Translations under genes and position numbers: made by a program
Part shown: piece after piece, positions 38,027 through 51,116 of the stretch
Layout of the letters: every line of letters starts with the position of its first letter
Position numbering within the stretch: position 1 is the stretch's first letter
NCBI GenBank assembly: GCA_964016885.1
Contig: OZ024761.1
Location: 4,526,001-4,590,000 of the forward strand
Direction of reading: 5' to 3'
Length of the DNA stretch: 64,000 nt
Origin: Eledone cirrhosa
Lineage: Eukaryota
Notes under the pieces: model-generated
Databases searched by the model: none
Seen by the model: only the letters and a program-made list of their open reading frames with translations
Told to the model about the DNA's origin: nothing

Positions 38027-40742
38027 ATGTATATATGTATGTATATGACAGTATGTGTGTGTGTATGTATGTATATGACAGTATGTGTGTGTGTATGTAT
38101 GTATATGACAGTATGTGTGTGTGTATGTATGTATATGACAGTATGTGTGTGTGTATGTATGTATATGACAGTATGTGTGTGTGTATGTATGTATATGACA
38201 GTATGTGTGTGTGTATGTATGTATATGACAATATGTGTGTATGTATGTATGTATATGACAGTATGTGTGTGTGTATGTATGTATATGACAGTATGTGTGT
38301 GTGTATGTATGTATATGACAGTATGTGTGTATATATGTATGTATATGACAGTATGTGTGTGTGTGTATGTATATGACAGTATGTGTGTGTGTATGTATGT
38401 ATATGACAGTATGTGTGTGTGTATGTATGTATATGACAGTATGTGTGTGTGTATGTATGTATGTATATGACAGTATGTGTGTATATATGTATGTATATGA
38501 CAGTATGTGTGTGTGTGTATGTATGTATATGACAGTATGTGTGTGTATGTATGTATATGACAGTATGTGTGTGTGTATGTATGTATATGACAGTATGTGT
38601 GTGTGTATGTATGTATATGACAATATGTGTGTATATATGTATGTATATGACAGTATGTGTGTGTGTATGTATGTATATGACAGTATGTGTGTATATATGT
38701 ATGTATATGACAGTATGTGTGTGTATGTATATGACAGTATGTGTGTGTGTATGTATGCATATGACAGTATGTGTGTATATATGTATGTATATGACAGTAT
38801 GTGTGTATATATGTATGTATATGACAGTATGTGTGTGTGTATGTATGTATATGACAGTATGTGTGTGTGTATATATGTATGTATATGACAGTATGTGTGT
38901 GTGTATGTATGTATATGACAGTATGTGTGTGTGTATGTATGTATATGACAGTATGTGTGTGTGTGTATCTATGTATATGACAGTATGTGTGTATATATGT
39001 ATGTATATGACAGTATGTGTGTGTATGTATGTATATGACAGTATGTGTGTGTGTATGTATGTATATGACAGTATGTGTGTGTGTATGTATGTATATGACA
39101 GTATGTGTGTGTGTATGTATGTATATGACAGTATGTGTGTGTGTATATATGTATGTATATGACAGTATGTGTGTGTGTATGTATGTATGTATATGACAGT
39201 ATGTGTGTGTGTATATATGTATGTATATGACAGTATGTGTGTGTGTATGTATGTATGTATATGACAGTATGTGTGTATATATGTATGTATATGACAGTAT
39301 GTGTGTGTATATATGTATGTATATGACAGTATGTGTGTGTGTATGTATGTATATGACAGTATGTGTGTGTGTATGTATGTATATGACAGTATGTGTGTGT
39401 GTATGTATGTATATGACAGTATGTGTGTGTGTATGTATGTATGTATATGACAGTATGTGTGTGTGTATGTATGTATATGACAGTATGTGTGTGTGTATAT
39501 ATGTATGTATATGACAGTATGTGTGTGTGTATGTATGTATGACAGTATGTGTGTATATATGTATGTATATGACAGTATGTGTGTATATATGTATGTATAT
39601 GACAGTATGTGTGTGTGTATGTGTGTGTGTATATGACAGTATGTGTGTGTGTATGTATGTATATGACAGTATGTGTGTGTGTATATATGTATGTATATGA
39701 CAGTATGTGTGTGTATGTATGTATATGACAGTATGTGTGTATATATGTATGTATATGACAGTATGTGTGTATATATGTATGTATATGACAGTATGTGTGT
39801 GTGTATATATGTATGTATATGACAGTATGTGTGTATATATGTATGTATATGACAGTATGTGTGTGTGTGTATGTATGTATATGACAGTATGTGTGTGTGT
39901 ATGTATGCATATGACAGTATGTGTGTATATATGTATGTATATGACAGTATGTGTGTATATATGTATGTATATGACAGTATGTGTGTATATATGTATGTAT
40001 ATGACAGTATGTGTGTGTGTAGGTATGTATATGACAGTATGTGTGTGTATATGTATGTATATGACAGTATGTGTGTATATATGTATGTATATGACAGTAT
40101 GCGTGTATATATGTATGTATATGACAGTATGTGTGTGTGTATATATGTATGTATATGACAGTATGTGTGTATATATGTATGTATATGACAGTATGTGTGT
40201 GTGTGTATGTATGTATATGACAGTATGTGTGTGTATGTATGTATGTATATGACAGTATGTGTGTATGTATGTATGTGACAGTATGTATGTGTGTATATAT
40301 GTATGTATATGACAGTATGTGTGTATATATGTATGTATATGACAGTATGTGTGTGTGTATGTATGTATATGACAGTATCTGCGTATGTATGTATATGACA
40401 GTATGTGTGTGTGTATGTATATGACAGTATGTGTGTGTGTATGTAGGTATATGACAGTATGTGTGTGTGTATGTATGTATATGACAGTATGTGTGTATAT
40501 ATGTATGTATATGTCAGTATGTGTGTGTGTATGTATGTATATGACAGTATGTGTGTGTATGTATGTATGTGACAGTATGTGTGTGTATATGTAATGTATA
40601 TGACAGTATGTGTGTGTATGTATATGACAGTATGTGTGTCTGTATGTATGTATATGACAGTATGTGTGTATATATGTATGTATATGACAGTATGTGTGTA
40701 TGTATGTATGTATGTATATGACAGTATGTGTGTGTATGTATG
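38027..40742. repeat. Satellite C: ~30-bp microsatellite-derived unit GACAGTATGTGTGTGTGTATGTATGTATAT
   Basis: Directly visible. Confidence 0.95.
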
Positions 40743-40787
40743 TAATATATATAAATATATGTAATATCTTTGCCCCTCACCATTACT

Positions 40788-41730
40788 ACTCTCCCTCCCA
40801 CCCTCTCTCGTTGTCTCTCCCTCCCACTCTCTCTCATTGTCTCTCCCTCCCACCCTCTCTGGTTGTCTCTCCCTCCCACCCTCTCTCGTTGTCTCTCCCT
40901 CCCACCCTCTATCGTTGTCTCTCCCTCCCATCCTCTATCGTTGTCTCTCCCTCCCACCCTCTCTCGTTGTCTCTCTCTCCCACCCTCTCTCGTTGTCTCT
41001 CCCTCCCACTCTCGTTGTCTCTCCCTCCCACTCTCTCTCGTTGACTCTTCCTCCCACTCTCTCATGTTGTCTCCCTACCACTCTCGTTTTCTCTCCCTCC
41101 CACCCTCTCTCGTTGTCTCTCCCTCCCACCCTCTCTCGTTGTCTCTTCCTCCCACCCTCTGTCGTTGTCTCTCCCTCCCACCCTCTCTCGTTGTCTCTTC
41201 CTCCCACCCTCTGTCGTTGTCTCTCCCTCCCACCCTCTCTTGTTGTCTCTCCCTCCCACCTTCTCTCGATGTCTCTCCCTCCCACCCTCTTTCTCTCGTT
41301 GTCTCTCCCTCCCACCCTCTCTCGTTGTCTCTCTCTCCCACCCTCTCTTTGTCTCTCCCTCCCACTCTCTCTCGTTGTCTCTCCCTCCCACTCTCTCTCG
41401 TTGTCTCTCCCTCCAACCTTCTCTCATTGAATATTCCTCCCACCCTCTCTCGTTGTATCTCCCTCCCACCCTCTCTCGTTGTCTCTCCCTCCCACCTTCT
41501 CTCATTGTCTCTCCCTCCCACCCTCTCTCGTTGTCCCTCCCTCGCACCTTCTCTCGTCTCTCCCTCCCACACTCTATCGTTGACTCTTCCTCTTTCTCTC
41601 TCTCGTTATCTCTCCCTCCCACTCTCTCGTTGTCTCTCCCTCCCACCCTCTCTCGTTGACCCTTCCTACCACCCTCTCTCGTTGACTCTCCCTCCCACCC
41701 TCTCTCGTTGACTCTTACTCTCTTGTTCAA
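40788..41730. repeat. Pyrimidine-rich 26-bp minisatellite TCTCTCCCTCCCACCCTCTCTCGTTG
   Basis: Directly visible. Confidence 0.92.
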
Positions 41731-41747
41731 TCTCCCTCTTACACCGT

Positions 41748-42046
41748 AACATACACACACCTGTGTACAGGTGTGTATTAAACATACACACACCTGTGTC
41801 CAGGTGTGTATTAAACATACACATACCTGTGTACAGGTGTGTATTAAACATACACATACCTGTATACAAGTGTGTATTAAACATACACATACCTGTATAC
41901 AGGTGTGTATTAAACATACACACACCTGTGTACAGGTGTGTATTAAACATACACACACCTGTGTACAGGTGTGTATTAAACATACACACACCTGTGTACA
42001 GGTGTGTATTAAACATACACACACCTGTGTACAGGTGTGTATTAAA
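41748..42046. repeat. 33-bp minisatellite (9 copies) with internal palindrome ACACACCTGT-GT-ACAGGTGTGT
   Basis: Directly visible. Confidence 0.95.
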
Positions 42047-42200
42047 GACAAATATGTGATTTTCTGTTGTAGGTAGCAGAAAGTATAAAGTTGAATAGCA
42101 TGAAGATATGTTGGTGAAGTGACGGTCAAGCGAGGTGTTCATTAAGGGGTTGTCTGGCTTACAGGTGATATTAAGGCATGGCTTGGCGATATAGTTAGGT

Positions 42201-45200
42201 GGGTGACAGAAGAGGGTGTGACAGGATGGTGTGGCGGTTGAGGGTGTGACAGTAAGAGGGTGTGACAGTAGAGGGTGTGACAGTATGTAGGTGTGACAGT
42301 AGAGGGTGTGACAGGAGGGTGTGACAGGAGGGTGTGGCAGTAAGAGGGTGTGACAGTAGAGGTTGTGACAGTAAGAATTTGTGACAGTTGAGGTTGTGAC
42401 TGTAGAGGGTGTGACAGTAAGAGGGTGTGACAGTAAGAACGTGTGACAGTATAGGTTGTGACAGTAAGAAGTAGTGACAGTTGAGGTTGTGACAGTAGAG
42501 GGCGTGACAGTTGAGATTGTGACAGGAAGGTGTGACAGTAGAGAGTGTGACAGTTGAGGTTGTGACAGGAGGGTGTGACAGTAGAGGGTGTGACGGTTGA
42601 GGGTGTGATAGTAGAGGGTGTGACAGTTGAGGTTGTGACAGTAGAGGGTGTGACAGTAAGAGGGTGTGACAGTAAGAGGGTGTGACAGTTGAGGGTGTGA
42701 CAGTAGAGGTTGTGACAGTAGAGGTTGTGACAGGAGGGTGTGACAGTAGAGGGTGTGACAATAAGAGGGTGTGACAGTTTGGGTGTGCCAGCAGGTGACA
42801 GAAGGCGTTACTGGGGGGTGGGTGACAGTAAGAGGTTGTAACAGGCCGGTATGACAGTAGGGGTTGTAACAGTAAGAGGTTGTTACAGTAGAGGTTGTGA
42901 CAGTAAGAGGTTGTGACAGTACGGTGTGACAGTAGAGGTTGTGACAGTAGAGGTTGTGAAAGTAGAGGTTGTGGCAGTAGAGGTTGTGACAGTAAGAGGT
43001 TGTGACAGTAAGAGGTTGTGACAGTAGAGGTTGTGACAGTAAGAGGTTGTGACAGTAAGAGGTTGTGACAGTAGAGGTTGTGACAGTAAGAGGTTGTGAC
43101 AGTAAGAGGTTGTGACAGTAAGAGGTTGTGACAGTAGAGGTTGTGACAGTAGAGGTTGTGACAGTAGAGGTTGTGACAGTAGAGATGGTAACAGTAAGAG
43201 GTTGTGACAGTAAGAGGTTGTGACAATAAGAGGTTGTGACAGTAAGAGGTTGTGACAGTAGAGGTTGTGACAGTAAGAGGTTGTGACAGTAAGAGGTTGT
43301 GACAGTAAGAGATTGTGACAGTAAGAGGTTGTGACAGTAGAGGTTGTGACAGTAGAGGTTGTGACAGTAGAGGTTGTGACAGTAAGAGGTTGTGACAGTA
43401 GTGGTTGTGACAGTAGAGGTTGTGACAGTAAGAGGTTGTGACAGTAGAGGTTGTGACAGTAAGAGGTGACAGTAGAGGTTGTGACAGTAGAGATGGTAAC
43501 AGTAAGAGGTTGTGACAGTAGAGATGGTAACAGTAAGAGGTTGTGACAGTAAGAGGTTGTGACAATAAGAGGTTGTGACAGTAGAGGTTGTGACAGTAGA
43601 GGTTGTGACAGTAAGAGGTTGTGACAGTAAGAGGTTGTGACAGTAAGAGATTGTGACAGTAGAGGTGTAACAGTAGAGGTTGTGACAGTAGAGGTTGCGA
43701 CAGTAGAGGTTGTGACAGTAAGAGGTTGTGACAGTAGAGGTTGTGACAGTAGAGGTTGTGACAGTAAGAGGTTGTGACAGTAAGAGGTTGTGACAGTAGA
43801 GGTTGTGACAGTAGAGGTTGTGACAGTAAGAGGTTGTGACAGTAGAGGTTGTGACAGTAAGAGGTTGTGACAGTAGAGGTTGTGACAGTAGAGGTTGTGA
43901 CAGTAAGAGGTTGTGACAGTAAGAGGTTGTGACAGTAAGAGTTTGTAACAGTAAGAGGTTGTGACAGTAAGAGGTTGTGACAGTAAAAGGTTGTGACAGT
44001 AAGAGGTTGTGACAGTAGAGGTTGTGACAGTAAGAGGTTGTGAGAGTAAGAGGTTGTGACAGTAAGAGATTGTGACAGTAAGAGGTTGTGACAGTAGAGG
44101 TTGTGACAGTAAAGTTTGTAACAGTAAGAGGTTGTGACAGTAAGAGGTTGTGACAGTAGAGGTTGTGACAGTAGAGGTTGCGACAGTAGAGGTTGTGACA
44201 GTAAGAGGTTGTGTCAGTAAGAGGTTGTGACAGTAAGAGGTTGTGACAGTAAGAGGTTGTGACAGTAGAGGTTGTGACAGTAAGAGTTTGTAACAGTAAG
44301 AGGTTGTGACAGTAAGAGGTTGTGACAGTAAAAGGTTGTGACAGTAAGAGGTTGTGACAGTAGAGGGTGTGACAGTAGAGGTTGTGACAGTAAGAGGGTG
44401 TGACAGGAGGGTGTGACACTAGAGGTTGTGACAGTAGAGGTTGTGACGGGACAGTGTGACAGTAGAGGTTGTGACAGTAAGAAGTTGTGACAGTAAGAGG
44501 TTGTGACAGTAAGAGGTTGTGCTAGGACGGTGTGACAGTAGAGGTTGTGACAGTAAGAGGTTGTGACAGTAAGAGGTTGTGACAGTAAGAGGCTGTGACA
44601 GGACGGTGTGACAGTAGAGGTTGTGACAGTAGAGGTTGTGACAGTAAGAGGTTGTGACAGTAAGAGGTTGTGACAGTAGAGGCTGTGACAGTAAGAGGTT
44701 GTGACAGTAAGAGGCTGTTACAGGACGGTGTGACAGAGGTTGTGACAGTAGAGGTTGTGACAGTAGAGGTTGTGACAGTAAGAGGTTGTGACAGTAGAGG
44801 TTGTGACAGTAGAGGTTGTGACAATAAGAGGTTGTGACAGTAGAGGTTGTGACAGTAAGAGATTGTGACAGTAAGAGGTTGTGACAGGCCGGTGTGACAG
44901 TAGAGGTTGTGACAGTAAGAGGTTGTGACAGTAAGAGGTTGTGACAGTAAGAGGCTGTGACAGGACGGTGTGACAGTAGAGGTTGTGACAGTAGAGGTTG
45001 TGACAGTAAGAGGTTGTGACAGTAAGAGGTTGTGACAGTAGAGGCTGTGACAGTAAGAGGTTGTGACAGTAAGAGGTTGTGACAGTAAGAGGCTGTTACA
45101 GGACGGTGTGACAGAGGTTGTGACAGTAGAGGTTGTGACAGTAGAGGTTGTGACAGTAAGAGGTTGTGACAGTAGAGGTTGTGACAGTAGAGGTTGTGAC

Positions 45201-45452
45201 AATAAGAGGTTGTGACAGTAGAGGTTGTGACAGTAAGAGATTGTGACAGTAAGAGGTTGTGACAGGACGGTGTGACAGTAGAGGTTGTGACAGTAAGAGG
45301 TTGTGACAGTAGATGTTGTGACAGTAAGAGATTGTGACAGTAAGAGGTTGTGACAGTAAGAGGTTGTGACAGTAAGAGGCTGTGACAGTAGAGGTTGTGA
45401 CAGTAGAGGTTGTGACAGTAGAGGTTGTGACAGGACGGTGTGACAGTAGAGG
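42201..45452. repeat. Satellite F: 15/16-bp unit TGTGACAGTA(A)GAGGT
   Basis: Directly visible. Confidence 0.95.
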
Positions 45453-45463
45453 TGCGTGAAATT

Positions 45464-45555
45464 AACTACCACCGCCACCACCACCACCACCAAAATCACC
45501 TTGCTACTACTACTACATCTATCAAACCACCACCACCACCACCACCACGACTACA

Positions 45556-45603
<48 letters not shown>
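45464..45603. repeat. (CAC)n/(TAC)n trinucleotide repeats just upstream of the ATG
   Basis: Directly visible. Confidence 0.9.
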
Positions 45604-45604
<1 letters not shown>

Positions 45605-45612
45605 ACCTCAAG

Positions 45613-46547
45613 ATGAATAGATATTTAGACGAAGGAGAGCACCAGATGATTGAACATCAACATAAACTTGCTGGCGCCCTTCGTAAAGCCACCTTACAGT
45701 TGGCTAGGAACAACAGAACCATATTTTGGCAGAACAGAAAATTCTATCGACTGAAGGCGGAAAGGAAAGAGTTAGAGCTAGTCCTGTCGTTTTGTCGATC
45801 GTACAAGATTCCACCACTGGAAAATGTCCTGCTTAGGATTTGGAAGGACTTGGATGACGACTACATAGAGAAGAGAGACAAGCAAATAACACCGGAAAAA
45901 TGTGCCCTGATCGAGAAACACCTAAAGAATTCTGAAAGAAAACTCAAAGAGAGCAAACGTCAAACAGACCTTTCTCAAGAAGATATATCAGCGACGAAGA
46001 GGTATATTTTCACGATGGAAAACCGACTTCAAGTGAAAACTATTGAATTTGGAAAAAAATACACAGAACTAACCAAACTACGAAAGGAATTGTCGTCTCT
46101 ACAGTTAACTATTGAAGCCTTCAAAGTAATGTATGACAAATTAGAGGCCTTACACGGCGACATTACTTTGAAAGTAGAGACTTTGGTGAGAAACTCCAGA
46201 GATGCTTATCTTAATAAAGAAGAGGCCAACACAAAAATGACCCACCTCAAGGAAAGAATTGAACAAAACAACAGCCATTACAAATTTGAGATGAACGAGG
46301 TCGATAGAAATGTGTTCAAGGCGATACAATGTGAAAAATTCCTTTCAGTGTTGATGCAGGTACGAGAAGAGTGTTCATTGGATATAGATTTGGAGAAATA
46401 CGAAAAAGAACTTGTTACACGACTTCGCCAGCTGACTGAATACCAGAAAGCATTTCATGCTTTGAAAGATGCTAGCGGGACTGATAACATACAAGTAATG
46501 ATAACACGCTATCACCACAGGAAGTCTCGAAACTTTTCACTTTTTAG
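45613..46547 (+). CDS. N-terminal coding exon of an ODAD1(CCDC114)/CCDC63-like coiled-coil outer dynein arm docking protein
   Basis: Non-repetitive 311-codon coiled-coil ORF. Motifs MENRL...F, LRKEL, S.DAY..KEEA..KM..LKE, Y..EM.E..R and NFSLF match my recollection of the ODAD1/CCDC63 family. It ends at a canonical donor AG|GTAAGT (intron starts 46548, phase 2); the in-frame TAA lies inside that donor. Confidence 0.75.
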
Positions 46548-46902
46548 GTAAGTATGAAGAAGGATATATCAACACCTTCTAACAACAGCAGCAGCAACAA
46601 CAACAAGAAGCAGGGTTTGGCTTTGCGAGCCCTACGCCAAGTTTCTTCATTTTCCAAATCCTCTGCATCCCCTCCCCCACCACAAACTAAGCCCCACCCC
46701 CGATCTCCAACATCACTTTCAGATATATATTGCTTGGCCTTCCACTTCCTCTACTTCCTTATATATCCATTTTCACCACTCATCTCCCCCAGTCACTTCC
46801 CCCAACACATGACCAAGCCACCCCATTCAATTTCTCTTCATAACATTCATCCTTCCTCAACACATGACCCAGCCATCTCATTCTTCTTTCACTCCATACC
46901 AA

Positions 46903-47330
46903 CACTCTACACCCTACACTCTGCATCCTACACTCCACACTCTAAACTTTACACTCTACATCCAACACTCTACATCCTACACTCTACATCCTACACTCTA
47001 CATCCTACACTCTACATCCTACACTCTACATCCTACACTCTACATCCTACACTCTACATCCTACACTCTACATCCTACACTCTACATCCTACACTCTACA
47101 TCCTACACTCTACATCCTACACTCCACATCCTACACTCCACATCCTACACTCCACATCCTACACTCCACATCCTACACTCCACATCCTACACTCCACATC
47201 CTACACTCCACATCCTACACCCCCACACTCAACACCCCACATTCTACACCCTACACTCTGTATCCTACACTCTACATCCTACACTCTACATCCTACACTC
47301 TACACCCTACACTATATCCTACACTTTACA
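46903..47330. repeat. 14-bp minisatellite CTACACTCTACATC
   Basis: Directly visible. Confidence 0.92.
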
Positions 47331-47466
47331 CCAGGGTCGTGCAAAAGGTGGCCCACGAGCCACAATTCAGCCTGTCAGACCAGTCAAAGTGGCCCGCGAT
47401 TACCGTTTTTAATTGTTACTTTGTAGTCTTATTTAGAATTTTTTTCGTAACCGTAATACTTCTGTT

Positions 47467-50400
47467 AGTTGACCTATACTAAAGGGCTTCACTGATAGGG
47501 TTATATGTGTTATAGTTTCCCAGTTGACCTATACTAAAGGGCTTCACTGATAGGGTTATGTGTGTTATAATCTCCCAGTTGACCTATACTAAAGGGTTTC
47601 ACTGATAGGGTTATATGTGTTATAATCTCCCAGTTGACCTATACTAAAGGGTTTCACTGATAGGGTTATATGTGTTATAATCTCCCAGTTGACCTATACT
47701 AAAGGGCTTCACTGATAGGGTTATATGTGTTATAGTTTCCCAGTTGACCTATACTAAAGGGCTTCACTGATAGGGTTATGTGTGTTATAATCTCCCAGTT
47801 GACCTATACTAAAGGGCTTCACTGATAGGGTTATATGTGTTATAATCTCCCAGTTGACCTATACTAAAGGGCTTCACTGATAGGGTTATGTGTGTTATAA
47901 TCTCCCAGTTGACCTATACTAAAGGGTTTCACTGATAGGGTTATATGTGTTATAATCTCCCAGTTGACCTATACTAAAGGGTTTCACTGATAGGGTTATA
48001 TGTGTTATAGTTTCCCAGTTGACCTATACTAAAGGGTTTCACTGATAGGGTTATATGTGTTATAATCTCCCAGTTGACCTATACTAAAGGGTTTCACTGA
48101 TAGGGTTATATGTGTTATAGTTTCCCAGTTGACCTATACTAAAGGGTTTCACTGATAGGGTTATATGTGTTATAATCTCCCAGTTGACCTATACTAAAGG
48201 GTTTCACTGATAGGGTTATATGTGTTATAGTTTCCCAGTTGACCTATACTAAAGGGTTTCACTGATAGGGTTATATGTGTTATAGTTTCCCAGTTGACCT
48301 ATACTAAAGGGTTTCACTGATAGGGTTATATGTGTTATAATCTCCCAGTTGACCTATACTAAAGGGTTTCACTGATAGGGTTATATGTGTTATAATCTCC
48401 CAGTTGACCTATACTAAAGGGTTTCACTGATAGGGTTATGTGTGTTATAGTTTCCCAGTTGACCTATACTAAAGGGTTTCACTGATAGGGTTATATGTGT
48501 TATAATCTCCCAGTTGACCTATACTAAAGGGTTTCACTGATAGGGTTATATGTGTTATAATCTCCCAGTTGACCTATACTAAAGGGCTTCACTGATAGGG
48601 TTATATGTGTTATAGTTGACCTATACTAAAGGGTTTCACTGATAGGGTTATGTGTGTTATAATCTCCCAGTTGACCTATACTAAAGGGCTTCACTGATAG
48701 GGTTATATGTGTTATAGTGTCCCAGTTGACCTATACTAAAGGGCTTCACTGATAGGGTTATGTGTGTTATAGTGTCCCAGTTGACCTATACTAAAGGGCT
48801 TTACTGATAGGGTTATATGTGTTATAATCTCCCAGTTGGCCTATACTAAAGGGCTTCACTGATAGGGTTATATGTGTTATAATCTCCCAGTTGGCCTATA
48901 CTAAAGGGCTTCACTGATAGGGTTATATGTGCTATAATCTCCCAGTTGACCTATACTAAAGGGCTTCACTGATAGGGTTATATGTGTTATAATCTCCCAG
49001 TTGACCTATACTAAATGGTTTCACTGATAGGGTTATGTGTGTTATAATTTCCCAGTTGACCTATACTAAAGAGCTTCACTGATAGGGTTATATGTGTTTT
49101 AATCTCCCAGTTGACCTATACTAAAGGGCTTCACTGATAGGGTTATATGTGTTATAGTTTCCCAGTTGACCTATACTAAAGGGCTTCACTGATAGGGTTA
49201 TGTGTGTTATAATTTTCCAGTTGACCTATACTAAAGAGCTTCACTGATAGGGTTATATGTGTTATAGTTTCCCAGTTGACCTATACTAAAGGGTTTCTCT
49301 GATAGGGTTATATGTGTTATAATCTCCCAGTTGACCTATACTAAAGGGCTTCACTGATAGGGTTATATGTGTTATAGTTTCCCAGTTGACCTATACTAAA
49401 GGGTTTCACTGATAGGGTTATATGTGTTATAATCTCCCAGTTGACCTATACTAAAGGGCTTCACTGATAGGGTTATATGTGTTATAATCTCCCAGTTGAC
49501 CTATACTAAAGGGTTTCTCTGATAGGGTTATATGTGTTATAGTTTCCCAGTTGACCTATACTAAAGGGCTTCACTGATAGGGTTATGTGTGTTATAGTTT
49601 CCCAGTTGACCTATACTAAAGGACTTCACTGATAGGGTTATATGTGTTATAGTTTCCCAGTTGACCTATACTAAAGGGCTTCACTGATAGGGTTATGTGT
49701 GTTATAGTTTCCCAGTTGACCTATACTAAAGAGCTTCACTGATAGGGTTATGTGTGTTATAATTTTCCAGTTGACCTATACTAAAGAGCTTCACTGATAG
49801 GGTTATGTGTGTTATAATTTTCCAGTTGACCTATACTAAAGAGCTTCACTGATAGGGTTATATGTGTTATAGTTTCCCAGTTGACCTATACTAAAGGGTT
49901 TCTCTGATAGGGTTATATGTGTTATAATCTCCCAGTTGACCTATACTAAAGGGCTTCACTGATAGGGTTATATGTGTTATAATCTCCCAGTTGACCTATA
50001 CTAAAGGGTTTCTCTGATAGGGTTATATGTGTTATAGTTTCCCAGTTGACCTATACTAAAGGGCTTCACTGATAGGGTTATGTGTGTTATAGTTTCCCAG
50101 TTGACCTATACTAAAGGGCTTCACTGATAGGGTTATATGTGTTATAGTTTCCCAGTTGACCTATACTAAAGGGCTTCACTGATAGGGTTATGTGTGTTAT
50201 AGTTTCCCAGTTGACCTATACTAAAGGGTTTCTCTGATAGGGTTATATGTGTTATAGTTTCCCAGTTGACCTATACTAAAGGGCTTCACTGATAGGGTTA
50301 TGTGTGTTATAGTTTCCCAGTTGACCTATACTAAAGGGCTTCACTGATAGGGTTATGTGTGTTATAGTTTCCCAGTTGACCTATACTAAAGGGTTTCTCT

Positions 50401-50761
50401 GATAGGGTTATATGTGTTATAGTTTCCCAGTTGACCTATACTAAAGAGCTTCACTGATAGGGTTATGTGTGTTATAGTTTCCCAGTTGACCTATACTAAA
50501 GGGCTTCACTGATAGGGATATGTGTGTTTTAGTTTCCCAGTTGACCTATACTAAAGGGCTTCACTGATAGGGTTATGTGTGTTATAGTTTCCCAGTTGAC
50601 CTATTCTAAAGGGTTTCACTGATAGGGTTATGTGTGTTATAGTTTCCCAGTTGACCTATACTAAAGGGCTTCACTGATAGGGTTATGTGTGTTATAGTTT
50701 CCCAGTTGACCTATACTAAAGGGCTTCACTGATAGGGTTATGTGTGTTATAGTTTCCCAGT
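47467..50761. repeat. Satellite I: 55-bp unit GTTGACCTATACTAAAGGGCTTCACTGATAGGGTTATATGTGTTATAGTTTCCCA, ~60 copies
   Basis: Period of 55 checked at 47468 and 47523. Confidence 0.97.
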
Positions 50762-50855
50762 TCCATGTTATGGAAAGAAGTTGTGGTGGATCTTTGAAAC
50801 AGTGCTTCATAAATATTACTATAGTTGTTCCAATGATCAAATGTGGCCCACTGTT

Positions 50856-51116
50856 CTACACCCTACACTACACACTCTCCACTCCACTCTCCACACTCCA
50901 CCCTACACTCTTCACTTTCCACCCTACACTTTCCACCCTACACTACACCCTACACTACACCCTACACTCTCCACTCTTCACTCTCCACCCTACACTCTCC
51001 ACCCTACACTTTCCACCCTACACTCTCCACCCTACACTCTCCACCCTACACCCTACACTCTCCACCTTACACTCTCCACCCTACACTCTCCACCCTACAC
51101 TCTCCACTCTCCACCC
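50856..51116. repeat. 14-bp minisatellite CTACACTCTCCACC
   Basis: Related to 46903-47330. Confidence 0.9.

Noticed and set aside
37922-45499. Very long ORFs (968, 917 and 456 aa)
   Set aside because: They are translations of microsatellite and minisatellite arrays.
46554-47426. 290-aa ORF directly after the ODAD1-like exon
   Set aside because: It starts inside the intron and consists of low-complexity and 14-bp repeat sequence.
47467-50761. Telomeric repeat (TAGGGTTA within the 55-mer)
   Set aside because: Only one partial motif per unit; no (TTAGGG)n run.
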